NCBI GenBank assembly: GCA_965602205.1
Contig: CBFCYQ010000003.1
Span: 1 to 33,459, forward strand
DNA from: an uncultured bacterium
GTDB lineage: Bacteria > Zixibacteria > MSB-5A5 > GN15 > FEB-12
Reading direction: 5' to 3'
DNA length: 33,459 bases
The stretch's first letter is position 1. The number at the start of each line of letters is the position of its first letter. This document shows positions 1-9,874 of this stretch, in pieces. The notes below the pieces were generated by a model, which searched no databases, was not told where the DNA came from, and saw only the letters and a program-made list of their open reading frames with translations. A program made the translations under genes and the position numbers.

Positions 1-23
1 TTCAAGGCGGGCCTCAAACATAT

Positions 24-443
24 TTAATTCTCCAGATACTTAATCATGGTTACTCTGCTCGCGCCTTCAATATATTCGTATTTCACTCGATCCATAACTT
101 TCTTCACCAGATGAAGACCAAGTCCGCCGGGCCGCCGGTTTTTCAGAGGCTGACTGGTGTCAACTTCCGGGACGCGGGTGATATCGAATTCGCTGACACC
201 GGCGTCGACCAGGCGGATCTCGAGCCTGTCTCCAAAGAGAGATAAGCCTATCTCTATGTTTGGTGTGGCCGCCTCATTATATTTAACCATATTGGTAAAT
301 ATCTCTTCGACCGCCAGGCTGACCGTCCCGGCCGTAGCTGAACCCAGGTTGTGGACGGCACAGTACTGCTCGAGAAACTCGAAGATGTCGTCGAGCGCCC
401 CGATGGTTCTGGGGAAATTTCTGACTTTGGCCTGTAAGTTCAT
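24..443 (-). CDS. Anti-sigma regulatory factor / Ser kinase, RsbW-like (HATPase_c fold)
   Basis: 139 aa with GHKL motifs LAVEEIFTNMVKY (N box), IRLVDAG (G1) and RPGGLGLHLV (G2), typical of RsbW/SpoIIAB-type proteins. Confidence 0.88.
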   Translation of the reverse strand: MNLQAKVRNFPRTIGALDDIFEFLEQYCAVHNLGSATAGTVSLAVEEIFTNMVKYNEAATPNIEIGLSLFGDRLEIRLVDAGVSEFDITRVPEVDTSQPLKNRRPGGLGLHLVKKVMDRVKYEYIEGASRVTMIKYLEN

Positions 444-609
444 GTAATACGCTCACGGGATCGTGCTTAGCCGGGTTGTGCGGCCTCCGCGTCAATTATA
501 ACTACATCCGGCTGAAAAACAAAGCCCCCTTTAGGCTGTTGCCGATGCTGCCGGTGATAATCGTCTAACTTGTTGCCGTCGTGGATGATAAATCAGGGGA
601 AATAAGGTC

Positions 610-638
610 TTGCGGGGACAATTTCCGTGCTATATATT
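610..638 (+). promoter_or_regulatory. Possible sigma70-type promoter for the kinase gene
   Basis: TTGCGG (610-615), 17-nt spacer, TATATT (633-638) in an AT-rich intergenic stretch. A GGAGG RBS lies before ATG 694. Confidence 0.35.
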
Positions 639-693
639 GATTAAAGTACCCCTCGCTTAGCTTCATCGAGACAACTCGGGAGGAGTCTCTCCT

Positions 694-3330
694 ATGGTGA
701 TGGATCGTTTTGATGACGAACGAACCCAGTCCGGAGTGGCCTTTGGGGTTGGGGCAGCAATATCGCACTACAGGATCGTTAAAAGCATCGGGGCGGGCGG
801 CATGGGTGAGGTCTACCTGGCCGAGGACACTGCCCTGAAGCGACGTGTGGCCCTGAAGTTCATTCATGCCTTCAAAGCCTCGGATCCCGCCTTCAAAGCG
901 AGATTCAAGCGTGAAGCGCGGGCGGCGGCGGCACTTGAACACCCCAACATTGTCACCGTTCACGAAGTGGGCGAGTACGGGGGTCGGCCCTTTTTCGCCA
1001 TGCAGTATGTGGAGGGGCAGTCCCTTCGCGATATGATCAACGAGAGGCGATTAGCGGTCGGTGAAGTGGTTGACCTGGCCACGCAGGTTGGTGAGGGGCT
1101 GGCGAAGGCTCATGACTCCGGCATCATCCACAGAGATATAAAACCATCCAATATTGTCGTCGACGGTGACGGACGAGTGAAGATTCTGGATTTCGGTCTG
1201 GCGTCCGTACGCAGCACGGAAGAACTGACGGCGAGCGGCTATGCTCTGGGCACGGTGGGCTATATCTCTCCGGAACAGATTCGCGGCGAAAAGGCTGACG
1301 AGCGCAGCGACATTTTTTCGTTCGGGGTGGTGCTCTACCAGATGCTTACCGGCCGGCAGCCGTTTCGGAGAGAAACCGACGTGGCCACGATGAACGCGGT
1401 GTTGACCGATACACAGGAGCCGGTCGGTGACTCCCGGGGCGACATTCCCGGGGAGCTGCAGCGAGTCGTGGAGAAGTCGCTGGAGAAAGACCGCCGACTG
1501 CGATACCAGCACATCGACGAGCTTTTGGCCGACCTCCGTCGGCTGGAGTCCGAACCTGTTCGGGGATTGACGGCGCGACGCTGGTGGCGTCGGTATCGCA
1601 AGTTTTCGGTTCCGGCGGTGCTGGTTCTGGCGGCGGTATGTGTGGCAGTCAGTCCGGCAAGCCGGAAACAGGTGCTGCGGTGGCTGGGTTTCCGGACGGT
1701 ACCGTACGAGAAGCACCTGGCGGTGTTGCCTTTCGCGAACCTGGGGCAGGCAGCGGGCAATCAGGCCTTCTGTGATGGACTGATGGAGACGGTAAGCAGC
1801 AAACTGACCCAGTTGGAGCAGTTTCAGGGGTCACTTCGCGTGGTTCCGGCCAGCGAGGTGCGGGCACGTGAGATTGCCAGTGCCCGTTCGGCGCGTCACG
1901 CGTTTGGAGTGACACTGGCGGTAACCGGCAGTGTCCAGCGGCAGGGAGATTATGTGCGCATGACCCTTAACCTGGTTGATGCCACTACCGAGCGCCAGTT
2001 GCGTTCGAGCGTGATTGACAACCGCTTGGGTGACGTCTCGGAGTTGCAGGACTCGACCGTGGTGCAGTTGGCCGGGATGCTGGAGATGGAACTGCGGCCG
2101 CAGCAGCGCCGGGTTCTGGCCGAGGGCGGAACGTCGGAGCCCAGAGCCTACGACCACTATGTCCGGGCGCGCGGCCACCTGCAGGATTACCAGCGGATGG
2201 CCAGCGTTGACCTGGCAATCGGGTTACTTGACAGTGCGATTGTTGAGGACCCGGCGTACGCTCTGGCCCATGCGGCGCTGGGCGAAGCCTACTGGCGCAA
2301 ACACAGGCTCAGTCAGGAGCCGCGCTGGATAGACCGAGCGGTCGAAAGCAGCCAGCAGGCCATTGAACTGAACAACCAAGCGGCGCCGGTTTTTGTTACT
2401 CTCGGCTTGATTCACAAAGGTACCGGTCGTTATGAAGAAGCCGTCGGGGACTTCAAACGGGCCCTGCAGATCGACTCTACAAATCACCAGACGCATCGGG
2501 AACTGGCCACAGCTTATGAAGCCCTCAACCGGCTGGACCAGGCCGAGGCTACTTACCGGAAAGCGATTGAGCTGAAGCCGGACTATTGGGCCGGGCCCTT
2601 TGATCTGGCCTTGTTCTATTTCTATCACGGGCGCAACGAGGAAGCCCTCATATATCTGCAGAAGGCCGAAGAGCTGGCTCCCGAGGCGGTCTATCCCTAC
2701 AACGACCTGGGAGCGGTCTACCTTTACCTCGGCCGCCGCGATGATTCCCGGAGACTGCTGGAGACCTCAATCGAGATCGAACCCAACTACCCGGCATACT
2801 CCAACCTGGGGGCGCTCGACATTTTTGAGAAGCGCCATGTCGAGGCGGCCCGGATGTACGAGGCGGCGCTGAGACTGGACGACCACGATTACAAGGTGTG
2901 GATCAACCTGGCGGGAGCTTATCAGGCGATTCCGGGCCAGCGGGAGAAAATGTTGGCCACGTACCGGCGGGCAATAGAGTTGGCCGAAAAGCGAAGACAG
3001 GTCAACCCCCGCGACCCTTGGGTGCTTTCTCATCTGGCCGACAGCCATGCCGCGGTGGGGGACACGCTGCAGGCGCTGATGCTTGCGGCGCAGGCCCTGG
3101 CCGTGGCACCGGATAACGTCGAAATCATGCTCCGTATCGGCCTGGTCTATGAGACCGTGGGCAAGCGGGTCCTGGCCCTCGACGTCATCCACGGGGCGCT
3201 GGACCGCGGCGCTCCCGTAGCGCAGATAGAAGCCACCGAAGGATTCGAAAACCTGGTGAAAGATCGGCGCTTTCGGTCTGAAGGGAAGGGTGGACCGGCC
3301 GATGCAGACCCGAACGAACAGGGAATCTGA
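694..3330 (+). CDS. Hanks-type Ser/Thr protein kinase with putative membrane segment, TolB-N-like domain and TPR repeats
   Basis: Kinase motifs IGAGGMGEVY, VALK, HRDIKPSN, DFG and GTVGYISPEQ. Hydrophobic stretch VPAVLVLAAVCVAV, then LAVLPFANL (TolB-N-like) and multiple TPR-like repeats (e.g. YRKAIELKPDY). Confidence 0.93.
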   Translation: MVMDRFDDERTQSGVAFGVGAAISHYRIVKSIGAGGMGEVYLAEDTALKRRVALKFIHAFKASDPAFKARFKREARAAAALEHPNIVTVHEVGEYGGRPFFAMQYVEGQSLRDMINERRLAVGEVVDLATQVGEGLAKAHDSGIIHRDIKPSNIVVDGDGRVKILDFGLASVRSTEELTASGYALGTVGYISPEQIRGEKADERSDIFSFGVVLYQMLTGRQPFRRETDVATMNAVLTDTQEPVGDSRGDIPGELQRVVEKSLEKDRRLRYQHIDELLADLRRLESEPVRGLTARRWWRRYRKFSVPAVLVLAAVCVAVSPASRKQVLRWLGFRTVPYEKHLAVLPFANLGQAAGNQAFCDGLMETVSSKLTQLEQFQGSLRVVPASEVRAREIASARSARHAFGVTLAVTGSVQRQGDYVRMTLNLVDATTERQLRSSVIDNRLGDVSELQDSTVVQLAGMLEMELRPQQRRVLAEGGTSEPRAYDHYVRARGHLQDYQRMASVDLAIGLLDSAIVEDPAYALAHAALGEAYWRKHRLSQEPRWIDRAVESSQQAIELNNQAAPVFVTLGLIHKGTGRYEEAVGDFKRALQIDSTNHQTHRELATAYEALNRLDQAEATYRKAIELKPDYWAGPFDLALFYFYHGRNEEALIYLQKAEELAPEAVYPYNDLGAVYLYLGRRDDSRRLLETSIEIEPNYPAYSNLGALDIFEKRHVEAARMYEAALRLDDHDYKVWINLAGAYQAIPGQREKMLATYRRAIELAEKRRQVNPRDPWVLSHLADSHAAVGDTLQALMLAAQALAVAPDNVEIMLRIGLVYETVGKRVLALDVIHGALDRGAPVAQIEATEGFENLVKDRRFRSEGKGGPADADPNEQGI

Positions 3331-3423
3331 TCGTATCGTCCGCCATGCGGGACGGATGTGATATGTCGTTGAACGGACACAAATGTGGTTGATTTCATTG
3401 GCTTTATCGAAGGAGGTGCTTGA

Positions 3424-3741
3424 ATGCAACTGTCAAGTGTGAAAACTGTGACCATCACGGTCGACGGCGCCGTGTGCACGGTCAGTCCCAGCGAATTGAT
3501 CGTCAGAAAAAGCGACGAGGTTTTCTTCGACAACCAGACGCCAGGCGAAATCTCTGTTCTCTGTTCGGAAGACAAAATCTTCGGCGTGTCGGGTCAGTTC
3601 GGGGTCGGTGCGCAGGGCAAAGAACCCCAGGTCGTCGGGGACTGTCCGCCGGGGCGGTATCCGTACGCGGTCTATTGCCGCTGGATCGAGGGTTTTGCCC
3701 GAGCTTCCTCGATGCCGATAATAATCGTCACCCGGGACTGA
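3424..3741 (+). CDS. Small hypothetical beta-rich protein, cupredoxin-like pattern
   Basis: Strong RBS AAGGAGGTG just upstream. 105 aa with VSPSELIVRKSDEVFFDN and PGRYPYAVYC resembling cupredoxin strand patterns. No His copper ligands and no signal peptide. Confidence 0.65.
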   Translation: MQLSSVKTVTITVDGAVCTVSPSELIVRKSDEVFFDNQTPGEISVLCSEDKIFGVSGQFGVGAQGKEPQVVGDCPPGRYPYAVYCRWIEGFARASSMPIIIVTRD

Positions 3742-3926
3742 GCGGTTGGCTGTCCGCGCCGACGAGTAAATCTTGACGCCGGGATGTTCTCCATGGCCGT
3801 GATGTAGAGCTGTTCTGCAAAAAAAGCAATCTTTTGCTTGTGTACGAGGACACTCGATTCTATATTGAAGGCCGGACGCAACGTCTTTGTCAGACCTCGA
3901 AATCAGCAAAGCGGAAAGGGCACCCA

Positions 3927-4376
3927 ATGCTCGTCAAAAATCTGTTGGACACCAAATCGAAGCAGATCGTGACCGCCGTGCCGTCCATGTCGATCGATGA
4001 TGCCATGGGCATTATGATTAACAGAAAGATTGGATGTTTGCCGGTGACCGATGCCGAAGACAGGCTTATCGGTATCCTCAGTGACAAGGATATTTTTCAA
4101 AAGATCTATGAGCTGAAAGCCGGCTACGACTCGCTGAAGGTCAAGGATGTAATGACGACGGATCTTATTGTCGGTCTTCCCAGCGATGATATTGACTATA
4201 TCGCCGGACTGATGGAGAAGAACTGGATCCAGCATGTGCCCATTGTTGAGGGTGATAAGGTCGTCGGACTTATTTCATCGCGAGACATCATCAAGACTCA
4301 AGCGGAGAGCCGCCAGGTAGAAAATCGGTATCTTCTGGATATGCTGGAAAAGCGGGATAAGTCCGGGGATACATGA
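3927..4376 (+). CDS. CBS-domain pair protein
   Basis: ATG 3927 after GGAAAGGG, in frame with the track ORF 3834..4376. Two CBS repeats: IGCLPV...LIGILSDKD and IQHVPIV...VVGLISSRD. Confidence 0.88.
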   Translation: MLVKNLLDTKSKQIVTAVPSMSIDDAMGIMINRKIGCLPVTDAEDRLIGILSDKDIFQKIYELKAGYDSLKVKDVMTTDLIVGLPSDDIDYIAGLMEKNWIQHVPIVEGDKVVGLISSRDIIKTQAESRQVENRYLLDMLEKRDKSGDT

Positions 4377-4525
4377 TTATCCGTCCCCGATGATCTCGCG
4401 GGTTGGTTCGGAGGGCATGATATAGCCGTCGGAAGCGCCCCCGGGTCGGCCGTTCGCTGCGGCACGTGGTGCAGCCTCGGGAGTTTTTGCCCGCCCGATG
4501 TACCTGTAGCTGACCGAGGTGATAT

Positions 4526-5005
4526 TTGGAAACGCAGACCAAGCGCAAAATTGATTTTTCCTTTCGTGACAAACTGAACAGCGTTGCCGAGGGGTTCCGC
4601 CACAATTACTGCTATCAATGCGGCGCGTGTGTTGCCGACTGTCCGGCCGGCAACTACTCGGAGAGTTTCAATCCGAGGCTGATTCTGTTGAAAGCTCTGC
4701 TGGGATTCGAGGATGAACTGATAAGCGCGGATTCTGAAATCTGGAACTGCACCAATTGCTATACCTGCTCGGAGAGGTGTCCCCAGGATGTGCGCCCGGT
4801 AGATGTTATTATAGCCCTCAAGAACCTCTGTGTCCGGGAAGGCAAGGCTCCGGAACTGGTCGTAAGTGTTTCCGACAGCGTCTTTCAGTCGGGTATGACC
4901 ACCCGCGTAACGTCGCTCGCCGAGAGACGGCGGCAGGAGTTGGGATTGCCGCCGATCAAGGCTTACCCCGTCGATGAGCTTCTTAAGATTGTGGGGAAGG
5001 ACTGA
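4526..5005 (+). CDS. hdrC: Heterodisulfide reductase subunit C-like 2x[4Fe-4S] protein
   Basis: TTG start after GAGGTG. Motifs CYQCGACVADCP and IWNCTNCYTCSERCPQDV. Directly precedes hdrB. Confidence 0.88.
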   Translation: METQTKRKIDFSFRDKLNSVAEGFRHNYCYQCGACVADCPAGNYSESFNPRLILLKALLGFEDELISADSEIWNCTNCYTCSERCPQDVRPVDVIIALKNLCVREGKAPELVVSVSDSVFQSGMTTRVTSLAERRRQELGLPPIKAYPVDELLKIVGKD

Positions 5006-5006
5006 T

Positions 5007-5879
5007 ATGAAGTACATCCCGTTCTTCGGATGCATGATGACCATAAAGTACCCCTGGTTTGAGTCGGCGGTGCGGCGCACTGTGGCCAATGTCGGAGTGG
5101 AGTTGGTTGATATCGATGGGTTTACCTGTTGCCCGGACCCCATTTACTTTCAGGCCCGCGACAAGATGGAATGGTATACCATTGCGGCCCGAAATCTGTC
5201 ACTGGCGGAAGAGGCCGGCCTTGACATCGTCACGACGTGTTCGGGCTGTACGGCCACGCTGTCCGAGGTAAACCTGGCTCTGAAAGAAGATGCCGAACTG
5301 CGGGCGACTATAAACAAACGGCTCGCTAAAATCGGTCGTGAGTTTCAGGGTACTATTAATGTGCGTCACGCGGTGACGGTGTTGCGTGATGACGTCGGTC
5401 TGGACAAAGTCCAAGAGACGGTCAAACGCCCGCTGACGGGCCTGAAAGTAGCCGTTCACTACGGCTGTCATCTGCTGAAACCTTCGCGCATCATGCGGGT
5501 TGACGATCCCGACCGGCCCACTATTCTGGATAACTTGCTGAGGGCGGTTGGGGCCGAGCCCATTCGTCATGAAATGACGCTTTTGTGCTGCGGCCGGGCG
5601 TGTATGTCGGATTCCATTCCGGACGACATGGTGACGGACATACTGGAAACCATCAAGCGCCACGACGCCGACTGCATGGGACTGATCTGCCCGACCTGTT
5701 TTGACAAGTTCGACACGGGTCAGGTTCTGCTGGAGAGGAAGCTGCAGAAGTCCTTTCAGGTGCCGATAGTCTATTACTTCCAGCTTCTGGGTATTGCCCA
5801 GGGGCTGGCCCCCAAAGACGTCGGCCTGCACCGGCACAAGGTCAAAGTCGATCGGATTCTGGATATGGCCGTGGCCTGA
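5007..5879 (+). CDS. hdrB: Heterodisulfide reductase subunit B-like (two CCG domains)
   Basis: ATG 5007, 1 nt after the hdrC stop. Motifs FFGC, TCCPDP, TTCSGC, HYGCH, LCCG, ICPTC and VPIVYYFQLLGIAQG. Confidence 0.9.
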   Translation: MKYIPFFGCMMTIKYPWFESAVRRTVANVGVELVDIDGFTCCPDPIYFQARDKMEWYTIAARNLSLAEEAGLDIVTTCSGCTATLSEVNLALKEDAELRATINKRLAKIGREFQGTINVRHAVTVLRDDVGLDKVQETVKRPLTGLKVAVHYGCHLLKPSRIMRVDDPDRPTILDNLLRAVGAEPIRHEMTLLCCGRACMSDSIPDDMVTDILETIKRHDADCMGLICPTCFDKFDTGQVLLERKLQKSFQVPIVYYFQLLGIAQGLAPKDVGLHRHKVKVDRILDMAVA

Positions 5880-5970
5880 CGAAAAGACCGGCGCAAAGGC
5901 TTTGCCGAGACAATTTTTCCCGTAAAACCGTGGTTGTCGATGTCAGTCTGGCAGGGGCAATTTGGTCCGC

Positions 5971-8922
5971 TCAGGCGTCGAGTTTGTTTACCAGGCCGTC
6001 GATCACTTTCGCCGCCTGTGCTGTCCTTTCGAGGAAATCCGCAAACAGCCGGTCGGCGGCCTCGTTGGTGGTGCCGTAGCCAAAACTCTCGGCAACCGGG
6101 AGCAGATACTGCCGCTCAATCACATTATGGGCGGCGACCTTCAGGCGATATATATCCCGCAGGTTTTTGACAAAGCTCAGATGGTCCTCGACGTAGGCAA
6201 GGTCGCCGGCGCTTTTGGGTTCCACGCCGGAAAGGTGTTTCAGGAAATTCCGGGACAGGGGCTCGCGTACCCGGTGCTTGGTTTTGTACATGAGCAGCAG
6301 CATCTCAATATCTCGCAGCCCGCCGTGACATTCCTTGATGTCGATTTTGTGTTCCTGGTCCGGGCGTGCGTGCCGGGATTCCATTTCACGTTTCAGGTAT
6401 TCGACATATTCGTGGCCGCGCGCGAAAATGAGAGGCTCGATAACCTCTTTCTGCAATTTGGTCTCCAGTTTGCTGGTCCCTACCAGCATTCTTGAACTGA
6501 GTATTTGCGATTGATCCACAAACAAGTCTTCGCTGGTGCGTTCCAGGTACTCGGCCAGCTGATCGATGCTTATCACGTAGCTCGAGAAGTGGTCGGCAAA
6601 ACGGTGGTGTGGCAGGATACCGCGCTTAAGAATGTGGGAGTTCATCTTGGCTACAATCTGGTTGCAGTAGTTGATCTCGTCGGGGTCGGTGGAGTCGAGG
6701 ATTACGAACATATCATAATCGTCGTCAAAGCCCTGTTCCCGGGCATGACCCCCGGTAGCATAGAGGGCAAAGACGTCGTGAGTGTGCATGGAGTAGCCAA
6801 GTGACAGGTGCACGTCCTGGAGGCAGAATTCGTAGAGTGACAGGGTATAATTGTCGCTGAACTCGATGAACTCGGCGTCGGTTCGTTCGCACCCGGCGCC
6901 GGCCATGGCCAGAAGGCTGACCCTGACGAACTCCAGGTCATAATAGTCGCCCAGCCGTTCGATGCGGTCATGCAGCGACGTCAGAGATGTCAGGTCGCTG
7001 TAGAAACCATCGGTGATTTCCTTCAACCTATCATTATTGTGCAGCTTCTTGATAAAAACGGGATACTTGTTCAGAATGGGGTGGAAGTGTCGTTTGAAAA
7101 AGTGACTGCTCTGGTAGTGTATATTCGACAGGGCCAGCAGTTGCCTGTGTACCGGTAAATACTCCGGAATAGCCGGCATTCGGCGGGCTAATTCGAAAAA
7201 TCTGGCCAGCAGTTCCCACTTGATGAGAGCCAGGAAACTGTTGAGAATCCCGGGGTAGGCATTGGCTATTTGCGTCAGGGAGTTGGAGGCGCCGGGTAAT
7301 TGGCTCAAGTTTTCAATGAACAGTTCACTGAGGATATCGAAGACTTTTTTGGAGCTGTCGTTTTTGGCTTTTCGGCCCACTGCCACGACGAATTTGAGGA
7401 TAGAAGCCGCATCATATTTGATTCCGGAGATATAACCCTGGGCAACCTTCATTTGCAGCCGGCCGGGCAGTTGCAGAAAGCTGTTGACGAATTCATCGTA
7501 GAAAACATTGTCTTCATCGCCGAGTTCACGGAGAAAATCATCCCAGTAGGTGATTCCGGCCGAAAAAGTCGACGCCCGGATAAAATCGACGGCCAGGTTG
7601 CCTTTGTACCCCGGTTTCTTATGAATTTCCCCGGAGAATATCGGCGTGTATATGCTTACCTGGCGCAAATGACTTCTCAGGTCGCCGGTGAGGATGTCGA
7701 TGGCATCGATGCTTTTCTCAAGGAATTCATAGTAGATTACCAGCATGAAATCCTTGGCTGAGACGACCCCTTTTTTCTCAAAGCCAATCATTTGTGCGAT
7801 TCTGGCCACCATGCTTTCGATGGATTCCTCGCCCAGGCAGATGTCCTCGTCCTGAGCGACCAGTATCTGATACAGGTGCCGGAAAAGTTCAAAAAAGCTG
7901 AGAGTCCGCTCCAGATCGTCGTATTGGGACAGGCGTTGAGGGTTCTTCTCCCTGAGTTCATCGATGATATCCCAGGCATTGACCATTTCAATGCCATAGA
8001 CCAGCTTGAGAGCGGTCAGCAGGCCCTTGATGGGTCGCAGGGCATCATCTTTGGGGTTTATTGTATCCGACGGTTTGAGGCGGCTCAGAAGCGAGTGGAT
8101 TTCTCCCAGTATACCGCGCAGATAACCCTCGTGATAGCGGTTCGCTTTCTGTTTCGGGTCATAGTAAAAGCGACTGGTGACCCTGCTTTTGAATCTCTCG
8201 TAGAGCGGATAGCTGCCGATTATGGGGGCTGCGCCGAGCATTTCGGTGACGATAACGAAGTCGTACCGGTCCTCGTCAAGGATTTCTTCGTACTGTTCGA
8301 TGGTGGCTGTCAGGCTGTTTTCGCCCACGTGCTCAGAGAGGTGAAAATGAAGTCGGGAGGCTTTCTTGAACATCTGGTTAGACAGCCGGCTGATGGCGAG
8401 GTTGAGAACGGGCGAGTCTTCCTGTCGGCTGTTGATTATTCCCAGATCGATGTCATCCTGGTCGGCCCTGGTGCCGACGCCGAGCACCACGAACTCCGGT
8501 CCTCCGGTTCTCCCGAGGAACAGATCCAGCAGGCGCTCCATATAACACCGTGTCAAATAGCGAAACATGCGCCCGGCTTCCAGCATCAGCTTTTTGCCGG
8601 TTTTGGAACGTTGTTCGCTGGTGGCCAACTCCAGCTTGACGATATCGACCATGCGCAGGTTCATATGCAGAAACTGGAGGGCGAAATAACAGCCGAGGAA
8701 CTCGAGCCTGTCGCTGTCGTTGTCGGCGGCACCGATGATGGTGTCCATCTCACCGGGTATTTCCGATGAATAGCTCCACAGGTGCACGCGGTCGCGGATA
8801 CCTTTTTGCTCCAGAAAGGCGGTCAGCTTCTCGAGGTGGGTGGAGACAACATGAAGATATTTTCGGTTATAATTGCCCAGCGCGGCGGTTTTTTCCGTCA
8901 GGCGCGTCAGGTGGTCTTTCAT
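5971..8922 (-). CDS. GlnE/GlnD-like protein with two nucleotidyltransferase modules
   Basis: 983 aa. Module 1 has LGVGTRADQDDIDL...INPKDDALRPIK. Module 2 has ATGGHAREQGFDDDYDMFVI...IDIKECHGGLRDIEML. These match the Pol-beta NTase GG/GS..DxD motif and the GlnE/GlnD DxKxxxGGLRDIE motif. Confidence 0.72.
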   Translation of the reverse strand: MKDHLTRLTEKTAALGNYNRKYLHVVSTHLEKLTAFLEQKGIRDRVHLWSYSSEIPGEMDTIIGAADNDSDRLEFLGCYFALQFLHMNLRMVDIVKLELATSEQRSKTGKKLMLEAGRMFRYLTRCYMERLLDLFLGRTGGPEFVVLGVGTRADQDDIDLGIINSRQEDSPVLNLAISRLSNQMFKKASRLHFHLSEHVGENSLTATIEQYEEILDEDRYDFVIVTEMLGAAPIIGSYPLYERFKSRVTSRFYYDPKQKANRYHEGYLRGILGEIHSLLSRLKPSDTINPKDDALRPIKGLLTALKLVYGIEMVNAWDIIDELREKNPQRLSQYDDLERTLSFFELFRHLYQILVAQDEDICLGEESIESMVARIAQMIGFEKKGVVSAKDFMLVIYYEFLEKSIDAIDILTGDLRSHLRQVSIYTPIFSGEIHKKPGYKGNLAVDFIRASTFSAGITYWDDFLRELGDEDNVFYDEFVNSFLQLPGRLQMKVAQGYISGIKYDAASILKFVVAVGRKAKNDSSKKVFDILSELFIENLSQLPGASNSLTQIANAYPGILNSFLALIKWELLARFFELARRMPAIPEYLPVHRQLLALSNIHYQSSHFFKRHFHPILNKYPVFIKKLHNNDRLKEITDGFYSDLTSLTSLHDRIERLGDYYDLEFVRVSLLAMAGAGCERTDAEFIEFSDNYTLSLYEFCLQDVHLSLGYSMHTHDVFALYATGGHAREQGFDDDYDMFVILDSTDPDEINYCNQIVAKMNSHILKRGILPHHRFADHFSSYVISIDQLAEYLERTSEDLFVDQSQILSSRMLVGTSKLETKLQKEVIEPLIFARGHEYVEYLKREMESRHARPDQEHKIDIKECHGGLRDIEMLLLMYKTKHRVREPLSRNFLKHLSGVEPKSAGDLAYVEDHLSFVKNLRDIYRLKVAAHNVIERQYLLPVAESFGYGTTNEAADRLFADFLERTAQAAKVIDGLVNKLDA

Positions 8923-8974
8923 CAGAATCAGTCCTTCAGTTCCTCCGAACCGGGCCGGTCGACCGAAACCCTGC

Positions 8975-9523
8975 TCAGCGCATTAACCGTACGGCGGCCC
9001 TGAAACCGGCCTCGTACGCCTTCAGGTAAATATCTTCGGACATCTTTGGCACCCGGGCCAGAATAGCCTGTTGGATGGATTGTTTGCCGATGATTTTGCT
9101 GACCTCGCTGACAAACCCGAGAGCGACGATGTTGACCATGGCGGGTTTGCCGCACTCTTTTTCGGCGATCTCCATAAAGGGTACGGAATAGACTTTTCGC
9201 CCCTGGACCTTTTCGCAAATCTTGACATGGTGCTCCGCCACAACGGTGCCGTCTTTTCCCAGGTCGCCGATGTGATTGTCGTAGGCTTCCTGAGTCAGGA
9301 CGACCAGCAGGTCAAGGGCGTGGGCCTTGGGATAATCAATGGCCTCGTCGGAGATGACGATTTCGGCGCGACTGGCGTTTCCGCGGGCTTCCGGGCCGTA
9401 GGAGCAGCTTTCGGCGGCGTTTTTGTCGTCATAGATGGCGGCGGCCTCGGCGAGGATTCTGGCAGCCTGGATGAGACCGTGCCCGCCGGCACCACTTAAG
9501 CGAATGCTGTATCTGAAAGACAT
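8975..9523 (-). CDS. Stand-alone 2-oxoacid:acceptor oxidoreductase gamma subunit (KorC/PorC family)
   Basis: ATG 9523 (MSFRYSIRLSGAGGHG). Motifs SYGPEARG, EIVISDEAIDYP, NIVALG and KAYEAG. Confidence 0.88.
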   Translation of the reverse strand: MSFRYSIRLSGAGGHGLIQAARILAEAAAIYDDKNAAESCSYGPEARGNASRAEIVISDEAIDYPKAHALDLLVVLTQEAYDNHIGDLGKDGTVVAEHHVKICEKVQGRKVYSVPFMEIAEKECGKPAMVNIVALGFVSEVSKIIGKQSIQQAILARVPKMSEDIYLKAYEAGFRAAVRLMR

Positions 9524-9845
9524 TTTCTCTCGCAACAGGCCTGGAACGACCAATTATAGTTCTGCCCTTGTTCTGCGAGAATATAATGAGATTGAAAGCC
9601 GGTCGCAACCCCGAAAGGTTTTTGCCGTCTGAACCCGGCGAAGTTGAATCCGATCGCGTTTTTTTTGCAGTCGCACCACGAAAGCGGTTAAAAATAATGT
9701 AGTGGATGGCATTCTCCACGTATTTCTTACTGGACTTTTCCCACGTCAGTGCATACCTTGGCTGAGAACAGCGCAGGTTATCCGATTATAAGGGTACTGT
9801 TTAACAACAGCGGTTCGACTTCTCCTATACGGAAAAACAGCCCGA

Positions 9846-9874
9846 TTGAAAGACCGATTGATCGGTTCTATAAG
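9846..9874 (+). promoter_or_regulatory. Putative promoter of the kor-hdr operon with a palindrome in its spacer
   Basis: TTGAAA (9846-9851), 17-nt spacer, TATAAG (9869-9874). The spacer contains the inverted repeat ACCGAT-TG-ATCGGT (9853-9866). Confidence 0.4.

Noticed and set aside
5962-8769. Long plus-strand ORFs opposite the nucleotidyltransferase (also 15020..15946, 21714..22487, 25133..26209 and 31724..32551 opposite other genes)
   Set aside because: They are antisense shadows of well-supported genes in GC-rich DNA, with no recognisable motifs.
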